Source: Eledone cirrhosa (taxonomy: Eukaryota). From it: 64,000 nucleotides of DNA. Position numbers and translations under genes: made by a program. The stretch is taken from contig CAXHJY010001328.1 in NCBI GenBank assembly GCA_964016885.1, positions 62,001 to 126,000 of the forward strand. The letters are read 5' to 3'. Under the pieces are notes generated by a model. The model was not told the origin of the DNA. It searched no databases and worked only from the letters and a program-made list of their open reading frames with translations. The stretch's first letter is position 1; the number at the start of each line of letters is the position of its first letter. Positions 41,270 through 54,516 of this stretch are shown here, piece by piece.

Positions 41270-41614
41270 GTGGAGGCACATGGCTTAGTGGTTAGAGCAT
41301 TGGCCTTGCAATCGAAAGGTTGTAAGTTCAATTCTCAGACGGGTGATGTGTTGCTTCCTTGAGCAGGTCACTTTATTTCACATTGCTCCAGTTTACTCAG
41401 CTGTAGAAATGAGATGATAGGGACTGGGGTCCATATCATTCCACTGCAAAGTGGTCGTGGAGGTGCCACGGCAAAAAAGCACCCAGCACTCACTGTAAAT
41501 GAGGTTGGTGTTAGGAAGGGCATCCAGCTGTAGAAATCAAGCCAGAATCAGTTCCCGTCCCACTCTTGCAAGCAGGGAAAAAGCGGACGTAAAATGAAAT
41601 GATGATAATGATGA
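41270..41614 (+). mobile_element. tRNA-derived SINE (family B) with RTE-derived 3' tail
   Basis: Head TGGCTTAGTGGTTAGAGC...AAGTTCAATTC (A/B boxes); 41451-41545 matches the RTE 3' UTR at 45467-45615; (GAT)n tail. Confidence 0.88.
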
Positions 41615-41625
41615 TATATATATAC

Positions 41626-41658
<33 letters not shown>

Positions 41659-41671
41659 CATATATATATAC

Positions 41672-41718
<47 letters not shown>

Positions 41719-41719
41719 C

Positions 41720-41750
<31 letters not shown>

Positions 41751-42160
41751 CATATATATACATATACACATATATATATACATATATATATATATACATA
41801 TATATACATATACATATATATATATATATATACATATATATACATATACATATATATACATATATATATACATATATATACATATATATATATACATATA
41901 TATATATACATATATATAAACTAATATGTATGTGATGAAACACAGATACCAACACATCTGTATATATATTATACATATATATACATATACATATATATAC
42001 ATATACATATTGTTATACTTTGGGAGGGTCATGTTGCCAATAAGAAACACACGCACCAGTTGCTTTCACTTCAATTTATTATAATAAATTTATAAATTTA
42101 TAAATTTATAAATTTCTGGTTGGTTGGTTGGTTCCACAACCAGATAGTTGTTTATATATT

Positions 42161-42203
42161 GTCATAGTTCTTTCGTCACACACTCTGTGACCTCTTCAGT
42201 GAC
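42161..42203 (-). ncRNA. Minimal hammerhead ribozyme within inverted repeat 42115-42293
   Basis: - strand: gtca CTGAAGA g GTCAC agagtgt GTGAC GAAA GAAC TA^tgac. Confidence 0.65.
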
Positions 42204-42291
42204 TGGGGATTCTGAGGTCACAGAGTGTGTGACGAAAGAACTATGACAATATATAAACAACTATCTGGTTGTGGAACCAACCAACCAACCA

Positions 42292-43416
42292 GGAGGATGC
42301 AGAACAATTATATGAAAGACGTAAAATAAAATTTTAAAAATTAAAAATTAAAAATTAAAAATTAACTTACTTACTACCTAGGTACTATGACATAACTTAT
42401 GTATTTGCTAGCATTAGTGTACATCTGTACGCATATGCTGGTAAATATACTAATTCTCTATATTTATCTCCAAATTATTTATTTGTCGAGCAAACTTGCC
42501 AAATCCACTACTAATTCATTGTAGTGGTAGTAGGCTTTTGTCATTATACCATCCCACTCCTTCTGACTAGCCTCAGTGTCACGTGATTGATTCTTTAGAA
42601 TCTGCCATTTGACCAGAGACAGTGAACTTTTTCAGTGCTATGGAATTCAGTCCCCGCTAGCTGTTCCATCCACCGAATTATTATTTTTATATGAGTCCCT
42701 AGTGTCCACGCATTGCCTGGAGTCTTAGCTGAGAATAGACTCCCCGATGACGTAATGAATTCTCGATGGTTACATTGCGTAACTCTCTTTATCCCATTAC
42801 AGAAACTAATTAGTTGGAGTGAAAATTTTAGTAAGTAAGTTAATTTTTAATTTTTAATTTTTCTTATTTTACGTCTTTCATATAATTGTTCTGCATCCTC
42901 CTGCATTGAACCACCTAGGTACTATGACATAACTTATGTATTTGCTAGCATTAGTGTACATCTGTACGCATATGTTGGTAAATATACTAATTCTCTATAA
43001 TTATCTCCAAATTATTTATTTGTTGAGCAAACGTGCCAAATCCACTACTAATTCATTGTAGTGGTAGTAGGCTTTTGTCATTATACCATCCCACTCCTTC
43101 TGACTAGCCTCAGTGTCACGTGATTGATTCTTTAGAATCTGCCATTTGACCAGAGACAGTGAACTTTTTCAGTGCTATGGAATTCAGTCCCCGCTAGCTG
43201 TTCCATCCACCGAATTATTATTTTTATATGAGTCCCTAGTGTTCGCGCATTGCCTGGAGACTTAGCTGAGAATAGACTCCCTGATGACGTAATGAATTCT
43301 CGATGGTTACATTGCGGAACTATCTTTATCCCATTACAGAAACTAATTAGTTGGAGTGAAAATTTTAGTAAGTTAATTTTTAATTTTTAAAATGTTCTTA
43401 TTTTACGTATTTCATA
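42292..43416. repeat. Unclassified ~540-bp element in tandem duplicate with an inverted terminal arm
   Basis: 42376-42902 is repeated at 42914-43416; 42292-42373 is inverted against 42829-42902; diverged relative at 54978-55422. Confidence 0.85.
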
Positions 43417-43454
43417 TATATACATATATATATATACATATATAGATATACATA

Positions 43455-43522
<68 letters not shown>

Positions 43523-43546
43523 CATATATATATATGTATATATAAA

Positions 43547-45733
43547 CAGGAGGTATTCAAGATTGCGAGGCAGCGTGTCAGAGATAGTTGTGATGTCATT
43601 GGAGAGAAGTGTATCCGGAATGATAAAGGTGAGCTTGCCCTCACAAGTGCTGAGAAGAAAGATGCATGGAAGAGTCATTATGATACATTACTAAATGAGG
43701 AGAATGCATGGGAAGAAGAGACCCTACCCCAAGTAGACCCTATAGAGGGACCAGCAGTACAAGTCAGCAGCAGCGTAGTAAGTAAGGCAATCAAAGATAT
43801 GAAGATGGGGAAGGCAACCGGTCCATCGGGTATAGCTGCCGAGATGCTGAAGGCATCTGGGTCTGTAGGTCACACTATAACCACACGTATCGTTAACCAG
43901 GTAATACTAGAAGGGGCCATACCAAAAGATTGGTGCAGTAGCATCATTGTCAACTGCTACAAAGGCAAAGGCGATGCACTAGATAGAGGAAACTATAGAG
44001 GTATAAAGTTGATGGACCAGGTCATGAAAGTAACAGAAAGAGTTATAGCACAGCTGATTAGGGACCGGGTGAATATAGACGAGATGCAATTTGGGTTTGT
44101 ACCAGGAAAAATCACCACTGATGCCCTCTTCCTTGTGAGGCAATTACAGGAAAAGTACCTAGCTAAAAGTAAGCCACTCTACTTGGCATTTGTCGACCTT
44201 GAGAAAGCCTTTGACAGAGTTCCACGTGCTGTAATCTGGTGGGCTCTTAGAAAACTAGGAGTAGATGAATGGCTTGTGAAAGCGGTACAAGCCATGTATA
44301 GGGGAGCAGTCAGCAAAGTTAGGATTAGCAATGAGTATAGCGAGGAATTTAGCGTACAGGTTGGGGTCCACCAGGGCTCTGTTCTTAGCCCTCTCCTGTT
44401 CATCATAGTCCTGCAGGCAATAACGGAGGAGTTTAAGACCGGATGCCCATGGGAACTCCTGTATGCTGATGACCTCGCACTCATAGCTGAATCTATGGTA
44501 GAACGAGAGAATAAATTCCAAACCTGGAAGCAGGGACTAGAGAGAAAGGGTCTCAAAGTCAACATGACCAAGACTAAGGTCCTTGTAAGTAGACGAGAAA
44601 ACAGAACCCAGACCCCCTCGGGGAAATGGCCTTGCTCAGTATGTAGGAAAGGTGTAGGTAGGAACTCCATTCTCTGCCCCAAATGCAAACAATGGGTACA
44701 CAAGAGATGTAGCGGGATCTCAGGAAGCTTAATTAACAATGTAGGATTCACATGCAGCAGCTGTGCTGAAATAGCAAGCAGTAAGCAGCCACAGGAAACA
44801 ATTACCACCAATCTCTGGGAGGGCCCTGTAGAAACAGTAGACAGCTTCTGCTACCTAGGTGACCGAATTAGCAACGGAGGTGGGTGTTCAGAAAGTACAA
44901 TAACTAGGGTAAGAACGGGATGGAAGAAGTTTAGGGAACTACTACCACTGCTAGCTGCAAAAGGCTTCTCCCTCAGAATGAAAGACAGACTGTATGATGC
45001 ATGTATCCGAACAGCGATGTTGCATGGTAGTGAGACCTGGGCGCTGAAGGTGGAAGACTTACGTAGATTAGAGAGAAACGAAGCCTGCATGTTCCGATGG
45101 ATGTGTAACAGTAATATACGTGAACGACAAAGCATAAATGAATTGAGAGAGAGACTGAGCATAAGAGGAATCAAATGCTGTGTGCAGGAGAGGCGGTTGC
45201 GCTGGTATGGACATGTGATGCGTATGAAGGATGACAGCTGCATAAAAAGGTGCAGAGCACTAGAAGTTGATGGAAACCGCGGAGTGGGGAGACCCAAGAT
45301 GACCTGGGATGAGGTGATAAAAGCCGACCTTACCCAATTACACCTCTTAAAGACAATGACACATGACCGTGACTTCTGGCGTCATGCAGTAATACAGAGT
45401 ACCCGACCTCCCATGGGTACATGCTGAAGCATATAAACAATATGCCCCCACACCCCCCACCGCAAGGTGGTCGTGGAGGTGCCACGGCAAAAAAGCACCC
45501 AGCCCACACTGTACAGTGGACGTGTAGGCGCCACGAAAAAGCACCCAGCACTCACTATAAATGAGGTTGGTGTTAGTAAGGGCATCCAGCTGTAGAAATC
45601 AAGCCAGATCAGTTCCTGTATGAGCAAGGCATGGTCAGCCGACCAGACACTGCACACAACAGGACAACCCGTCTAACCCATGCTAGCGTGGAAGAACGGA
45701 CGTAAAACGGTGATGATGATGATGATGATGATG
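43547..45733 (+). mobile_element. 5'-truncated RTE LINE with uninterrupted RT ORF (43547-45427)
   Basis: KATGPSGI, NYRGIKL, DLEKAFD, QGSVLSPLLF, YADD, C4HC3 finger, RRLRWYGHV; no APE domain present; (GAT)n tail. Confidence 0.96.
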
Positions 45734-45845
45734 ATATATATATACATATATATATATACACATATATATATATACATATATATATATATACATATATATA
45801 CATATATATATATACATATATATATATACATATACATATATATAC

Positions 45846-45958
<113 letters not shown>

Positions 45959-46023
45959 CATATATATATATATACATATATATATATACATGTATATATA
46001 TACATATATATATATATACATAC

Positions 46024-46058
<35 letters not shown>

Positions 46059-46281
46059 AACAATTAAGTTAAAGTGTACATCTACATATGTATACGGAAG
46101 TATTAGTATGCATATAAATACACATATGTATACATATGTACATGTACCGAGCTTTTCACTAGACACTTTGCAGTGAGTGTCCAGCTAGTCTGTATGTAAA
46201 CACACAGACGAACCGGGTTTTAAAGTCATACGGGTTTTCAAGGAAACACACTTCCTCTATTCTCCAGAGAGCCAGACAGGA

Positions 46282-46324
46282 ATATTGGACTAGTTTCGAT
46301 GTTATTACATCTCATCAGCAATAT
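46282..46324 (-). ncRNA. Canonical minimal hammerhead ribozyme
   Basis: - strand: atattg CTGATGA GATG taataa CATC GAAAC TA GTC^caatat; 6-bp stem I, GUC triplet, palindromic stem III (ACTAGT). Confidence 0.85.
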
Positions 46325-46486
46325 ATACCTATCTTCTGGCTTCTCCGGAGAATTGTAAAAGCACATATCGTTATATGCTTTTTCTATGAAAATCAGTAGT
46401 GGGCAGACTAATTTGCATAGAACGTGAGTCATTGTACGCGCCGGTTCAGCGGAAACGATAAAAACAAATAACGAATATATACATAG

Positions 46487-46539
<53 letters not shown>

Positions 46540-46547
46540 CATACATA

Positions 46548-46583
<36 letters not shown>

Positions 46584-46634
46584 CATACATATACATATAT
46601 AAATATATACATATATATATACATATATATATAC

Positions 46635-46697
<63 letters not shown>

Positions 46698-46753
46698 CAT
46701 ATATACATATATATACATATATATACATATATATACATATATATACACATATA

Positions 46754-46789
<36 letters not shown>

Positions 46790-46790
46790 C

Positions 46791-46853
<63 letters not shown>

Positions 46854-46926
46854 CATATATATATACATATATATATACATATATATATAGATATATATAC
46901 ATATATATATATACATATATATATAC

Positions 46927-46961
<35 letters not shown>

Positions 46962-47230
46962 CATATATATATACATACATATATATACATATATATATAT
47001 ACATATATATATACATATACATACATATATATATATACATATATATATATACATATATATACATATATATATATACATATATATATAAACATATATATAT
47101 ATATACATATATATATATACATATATATATACATATATATATATACATATATATATATACATATATATATATACATATACATACATATATATATACATAT
47201 ATATATATACATATATATACATATATATAC

Positions 47231-47370
<140 letters not shown>

Positions 47371-47569
47371 ATTATTAAAAAAATAATGAATAAACAATGA
47401 AACAGTTCCTTATATTAAACAAAAAAAGTTCATTATTTTACGATCGTTTCTAGGACATATATGTGTTAGAATAGGTATGCATATTCAAAAGATCTATATA
47501 CAAAATTATACAAACTATCAGAGAGAATATACATACCTTCACATATATATGCTGTCTTCAGAAATAATT

Positions 47570-47749
47570 GTTTCTACTTTTGGCACAAGGCCAGCAATTA
47601 CCCAGTACATTACTGGTACTTTATTTTATCGACCCCTTAAGGATGAAAGGCAAAGTTAACCTCGGCGGGATTTGAACTCAGTATGGCAAGGGCCTTAACT
47701 ATGCGTCAAAGCATGGCGTCCGACCCTCTACCGAAACTGCCAATCCACC
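47570..47749 (-). mobile_element. tRNA-derived SINE (family A) inserted in the left pLTR arm
   Basis: 19-bp TSD GCTGTCTTCAGAAATAATT (47551-47569 / 47750-47768); absent from the right arm. Confidence 0.92.
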
Positions 47750-48027
47750 GCTGTCTTCAGAAATAATTATGCTAGTTTATTGATAATAACGACAATTCAA
47801 AATAATAGGTCTGTTTGGGAACAGATTTTAAATAGACCAATGAAATAAGGATTGAGATACCTAAAAATTTATCAAGAAAATACAGTTAGGTATGTGTATA
47901 TGTATGTAAATACGCTCACAGATGTGCATAAAAGAGTATGCTCATATGTATACGTATTTTGAATAAGTGTATGTAAATATAAAAATTTAGGGATAATGTA
48001 TCCATATGTCTATAATCAACAGACAGA

Positions 48028-48142
<115 letters not shown>

Positions 48143-48419
48143 TACACATTATTATTATAAATATATGGATATTGAGGCGCTCACATAAACACGCCCACAC
48201 ACACTTACATTTAGATGCGGAAGTAAAAGAGGTAAGGGAATATAGTAATTAAAGGAAAGTGTCAATCTCGACATACTTATAAAAGTGTATCCATAAATTA
48301 GAAATAAAAAAAATTTTTTATGGAAGGAAAAACTCAAAAAAAGAAGACAAAAAAGACAAAAAAAGGGGAAATTTTGCTAATTATTCCAATATCTGATTTG
48401 GATAAGACTTATATGTCCC

Positions 48420-50279
48420 TCCAAATCAGATATTGGAATAATTATCAAAAAATGTTTAGATAGAGTCATCCCACAAATAAGAAAACATGTTAATTTACCA
48501 CTCTGGGAAAACACTTCCCAGGTAATTAACTGGTTTAATAATATTAGATGTAAATCTTCTGCTTCATTTCTACAATTTGATATAGATAATTACTATTCTT
48601 CTATATCACCTATACTCCTGAACAAAGCTTTGATATTTGCTAAAAATAGATCTAACTTAAGTTTGGATGACATTAATATTATTACACATGCTAGACTAAC
48701 ACTTATTGAATTTCAGAATGAATACTGGACCAGAAACACATATAGTAATCTATTTGATATTAGTATGGGCTCAAGCGATTCTGCCCAAATTACTGATCTT
48801 GTGGGCCTCTTTCTCCTTTTTAACATAAATGCTTCCTTTCCCCACCTTAAAGGTGGTTTATATCGTGATGACTGTCTTCTTCTTTCCAACAACCTTAGCC
48901 TCTCAGAAATAGAAAAAAACAAAAAGCTTATTAGAACTTTCCTTAAAGACTATTATAGTCTAGATATTACTTTTGAAAACACAAGTAAAGTAGTTAATTT
49001 CCTAGATATAACTTTAGACTTGGCTATGGGTATCTACCAACCTTACCATAAACCCAACCAAAACTTACACTACATACACTCACAATCTAATCACCCTAAA
49101 TCTATCCTTAAAAACCTTGCATATAATATATCACTTAGAATTTCTAACCTTTCGTCTAACCAAGATGTATTTGATAAAAATGCGAGCTTCTATAACGAAG
49201 CTCTAGCTAGAAGTGGCCACAAAAATAGATTGGAATATATACCTTCTACCAATAACACTATAAACATACAACCTAATATTACCAACAAACACCAAATGAA
49301 ACGTACACACCTAAATGCCACTCACACTATACCCCAAAATACCAACATAAAACTAAATTTCTCTAACTCCTCTAATATAAAGTATAGTAACTCTCAAAAA
49401 ACTACTCATAATACAACTCTAATAAATGTTAATAATAAAACACCTAATAAACAAGCTAAAACACCTAAATCAATAAATCTAACTAAAAACGTGCGTCGAG
49501 AGGTCATTAACAATAATCCTCCTAGTAAACATCAGGATGCATCCTATAAAAACAATAAACAACATAGAAACCGTAATAGACGAATCACTTGGTATAATGC
49601 TCCATTTAATTTACAAATTAAGGATAATATACCTAAAAAAATTTTTAATATCCTAGAGAAAAACTTCCCGCCAAACCACAAATACCATCAAATCTTAAAT
49701 AGATCAACAGTTAAATACTCATACTCAACAACCAAAAACATAAAACAAAATATAAGTGCCTATAATGCATATAAGTGTAAAAAAACCATAAGTATACCAC
49801 CAGTACATCAAACTAGCCATAATATCTCCTCAAATACAGAATTAACGAAAGGTTGTAACTGTAGAAACAAGGCAAACTGCCCATTAAAAGGAAATTGTCT
49901 TGTTAACAACATAGTATATAAATGTAAAGTTAAAACTAAGAATTCTATTTGCTCATATATAGGAGCTACTTCTAACAATTTTAAGGTAAGATTTAATACC
50001 CACAAACATAGTTTTAAAAATGCCGCACTGGCTAATACAACATCTCTAGCAGAAAAAATTAATAGTTATAGAAATAAGAATATAGAATATGATATGACCT
50101 GGAGTGTGCTCAAAAGAGCCACCCCTTATCAAAATAATAGAAATGAATGTAGATTGTGTTCCCAAGAACTATTTGAAATAATGAAATCTAAGGATATCCT
50201 ATTAAATAAGCGACAGGAATTAATAATATCGTGTAATCATAAACTGAGAAAAACATTTAAATATTATAAACCTAATTAA
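48420..50279 (+). CDS. Penelope-like RT + GIY-YIG endonuclease (Naiad-type), N-truncated open frame
   Basis: SKSDIG, WENTSQVINWF, FLQFDIDNYYSSI, MGSSDSAQITDLVG, GLYRDD, CNCRNKANCPLKGNC, IVYKC...YIGAT, CRLCSQE...LNKRQELIISCNH. Confidence 0.88.
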   Translation, partial: SKSDIGIIIKKCLDRVIPQIRKHVNLPLWENTSQVINWFNNIRCKSSASFLQFDIDNYYSSISPILLNKALIFAKNRSNLSLDDINIITHARLTLIEFQNEYWTRNTYSNLFDISMGSSDSAQITDLVGLFLLFNINASFPHLKGGLYRDDCLLLSNNLSLSEIEKNKKLIRTFLKDYYSLDITFENTSKVVNFLDITLDLAMGIYQPYHKPNQNLHYIHSQSNHPKSILKNLAYNISLRISNLSSNQDVFDKNASFYNEALARSGHKNRLEYIPSTNNTINIQPNITNKHQMKRTHLNATHTIPQNTNIKLNFSNSSNIKYSNSQKTTHNTTLINVNNKTPNKQAKTPKSINLTKNVRREVINNNPPSKHQDASYKNNKQHRNRNRRITWYNAPFNLQIKDNIPKKIFNILEKNFPPNHKYHQILNRSTVKYSYSTTKNIKQNISAYNAYKCKKTISIPPVHQTSHNISSNTELTKGCNCRNKANCPLKGNCLVNNIVYKCKVKTKNSICSYIGATSNNFKVRFNTHKHSFKNAALANTTSLAEKINSYRNKNIEYDMTWSVLKRATPYQNNRNECRLCSQELFEIMKSKDILLNKRQELIISCNHKLRKTFKYYKPN

Positions 50280-51200
50280 TAATAATATATATTTTAGAAA
50301 TTAATATATAAATTAATTTTAATGTAGTTAACCTATAATTTTAATTTAATTAAAATTCTACTACAGATGAAATTAAAAAAATATCGTATAATCATAAACT
50401 GAGAAAAACATTTAAATATTATTAACCTAATTAATATATACTTTGGAAATTAATATATAGATTAATTTTAGTTTATTTAACCTATTATTAAAATTCTTTT
50501 ACAGATGAAATACAACAAAATATCGTGTAAATAAAAAACGGAGAAATACTTTTTAATATTATAAACCTAATTAATATACAATTTAGAAATAAATATATAA
50601 ACTAATTTTAATTTAGTTAACATATAATTTTAATTTTAATTTAGTTAGCTTATAATTAAAATTCTAATACAGATGAAATGCAAAATATCGTGTAATCATA
50701 AACTGAGAAAAACTTTAAATATATACCTAATTAATATACACTTTACAAATTAATATATAGATTAATTTTAATTTATAACCTATAATTAAAATTCTACTAT
50801 AGATAAAATACAAAATTTTGATTTAATTATTATAAACCTAATTAACATATACTATAGAAATTAATATATAATTTTTAATTTAGTTAACCTATAATTAATA
50901 ATCTACTACCGATGAAATACTTAATTTGGCTTTCCCTCTTACAAAATTCATTTCCTAAAATTTATACCATCATGTAAATATATGTAATTATTTTTAATTT
51001 AGTTATGCTATAATTAATACTCTACTACAGTTTAACTTCAAAATTCCGCTTTAAATATTATAAACCTAATTAGTATACACCTTAGAAATTAATATATTAA
51101 CTATTTTTATTTTAGTTAACCTATAATTAATATTCTACTTATATTAAAATACATAATTTAGCCTTCCTTCTTACAAATAACTTTTCCTAAAACTGATACC
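50225..51200. repeat. Degenerate AT-rich tandem repeats derived from the ORF end
   Basis: ATATCGTGTAATCATAAACTGAGAAAA...TATAAACCTAATTAAT...TTAACCTATAATT...CTACTACAGATGAAAT recurs about 7 times with ~110-160 bp spacing. Confidence 0.75.
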
Positions 51201-51430
51201 ACTAAGTAAACACACATAATGATTTAACGGCAGATTAGTATTCTAAGTTCCTTGAAATCTATATATTTACTATTTCCCACTAATAAATTTAATCCCCCTC
51301 CCCCCCAATAATTATATGTATTTGTAAGCGTGGATGTGTGTATGTGTATGTAAGTGTGTATGTATGTTTGTGTGTTTGTATGTGAGTATAAAAATACATA
51401 TGTGCGCATGTATATGTATATATATGTATG

Positions 51431-51539
<109 letters not shown>

Positions 51540-51736
51540 GTATGTGTGTGTGTATGTATATATATGTATGTATATGTATATGTAGAGATGTGTGTATGTA
51601 TGTGTATGTATATGTGTGTATATATATGTATATGTGTCTGACTGTGTATATATGTGTGTGTATGTCTCTATATATATGTATGTCTGAGTGTGTGTGTGTG
51701 TGTGTGGTTGTGTGTATATATACATGGGTATGTGTG

Positions 51737-51803
<67 letters not shown>

Positions 51804-52275
51804 GTGTATATTTATATGTATGGATATATGTTTTACTTATTTTTATGTGTGTGCATACAAACAGGTCAATATGCGTGAGCGTAAGTATGTGTATGTGTGT
51901 GTGTGTACGTATGTATGTATCGAACGTATGGATGTGTAAATGTGCGTGTGTATATAAGCATGTATATTTTATGTCTCTCCTTTATGTTTTTTTATGTTTT
52001 TTTATATTTCTTTTGTGAGACATGCGTGTCTGTGTATGTATGTACCCCCCCCCCTTTTTGTCTTTTTTGTCTTCTTTTTTTTGAGTTTTTCCTTCCATAA
52101 AAAAATTTTTTTTTTCTAATTTATGGATACACTTTTATAAGTATGTCGATATTGACACTTTCCTTTAATTACTATATTCCCTTACCTCTTTTACTTCCGC
52201 ATCTAAATGTAAGTGTGTGTGGGCGTCTTTATGTGAGCGCCTCAATATCCATATATTTATAATAATAATGTGTAT

Positions 52276-52315
<40 letters not shown>

Positions 52316-52573
52316 TGTCTGTTGATTATAGACATATGAATACATTAGCCCTAAATTTTTATATTTACATACACTTTTTCAAAATACGTATACATATGAG
52401 CATACACTTTTATGCACATCTGTGAGCGTATTTACATACATATACACACACCTAACTGTATTTTCTTGATAAATTTTTATGTATCTCAATCCTTATTTCA
52501 TTGGTCTATTTAAAATCTGTTCCCAAACAGACCTATTATTTTGAATTGTCGTTATTATCAATAAACTAGCATC

Positions 52574-52710
52574 ATTATTTCTGAAGACAGTATATATATG
52601 TGAAGGTATGTATATTCTCTCTGATAGTTTGTATAATTTTGTACATAGATCTTTTGAATATGCATACCTATTCTAACACATATATGTCCTAGAAACGATC
52701 GTAAAATAAT
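52574..52710 (+). ncRNA. Hammerhead candidate with ~100-nt stem-II region (mirror copy 47433-47568, - strand)
   Basis: attattt CTGAAGA ..ATATATGTG...CACATATAT.. GAAAC GATC GTA^aaataat; 7-bp stem I, palindromic stem III ACGATCGT; base of stem II is imperfect. Confidence 0.6.
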
Positions 52711-52876
52711 CAACTTTTTTGTTTAATATAAGGAACTGTTTCTTTGTTTATTCATTATTTTTAAAATAATTTAACTTGACTCTGTTTTCCGTTTATCTTT
52801 CACCGAAAGTGATTTTTGAATGCATCTCTTCTTTTCATGATATCCGGATTACATTTTGGTAGATTTATCTACATAA

Positions 52877-53023
<147 letters not shown>

Positions 53024-53080
53024 TATACATATATACATATATATATATATATACATATATATATACATATATATATATAC

Positions 53081-53139
<59 letters not shown>

Positions 53140-53785
53140 CATATATATATATATACATATATATATACATATACATATATATATATATACATATATATTT
53201 ACATATACACATATATATACATATACACATATATATATATACATATATATATATACATATATATATATACATATATATATATACAAATATATATACATAT
53301 ACATATATATATACATATACATACACATATATACATATACATATATATACATATACATATATATACATATACCTATATATACACATATATACATATACAT
53401 ATATATATATATAGTTAGAGAAGCAAAAAATTGCTTATTGTGATCCAGTTTTTGGTTAAGAAAGCCAGTTTCATGGATGGTTTCAACGTACGGTTAGGGG
53501 TAACTCCACAAGTTTGAGTAAGAATTCCGTTCAATCTTGGAGTATAAATTATAAAAGAGAAAACACAGGTAAGCATTAAGAGAAGGATTTTATCCAGGTA
53601 TTTACGACCGTTTCATTGGTAAGTGCAACCTTATATTGCTATACTGCAAATAGCAGCCACTCAATTATTATATATATATATATACACATATACATATATA
53701 TATATATATACACATATACATATACATATCTATACACATATATACATATATATATATACACATATATATATATACTTATATATAC

Positions 53786-53821
<36 letters not shown>

Positions 53822-54039
53822 ATACATATACATATATACATATATATATACATATATATATATATATACATATATACATATATATACACACACACATATA
53901 TATATACATATATACATATATATACACACATATATATATACATACATATATACATATATATACACACATATATATATATACATATATATATATATACATA
54001 TATATATATACATATATATATACGTATATACATACATAC

Positions 54040-54120
<81 letters not shown>

Positions 54121-54387
54121 TATATACACACACATATATATATATATATATACATATATACATACATATATATATATACATATATACATACATATATATA
54201 TATATACATATATACATACATATATATATATATATATACATATATATATACACATATATATATACATATACATATATATATACACATATATATACACATA
54301 TATATATACATATACATATATATATACACATATATATATACATATATATATATACATATATATATACATATATACATATATATATAC

Positions 54388-54429
<42 letters not shown>

Positions 54430-54431
54430 AC

Positions 54432-54516
<85 letters not shown>

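Noticed and set aside
41270-41345. Functional tRNA gene
   Set aside because: A/B boxes belong to a SINE head that continues into a repeated body and LINE tail; no closed acceptor stem.
50280-51250. SECIS element for the Naiad ORF
   Set aside because: No in-frame TGA in the ORF and no convincing SECIS fold by eye.
53590-53650. GAAACGGTC half-motif on the - strand
   Set aside because: Matching CTGANGA half not found; probably a truncated pLTR.
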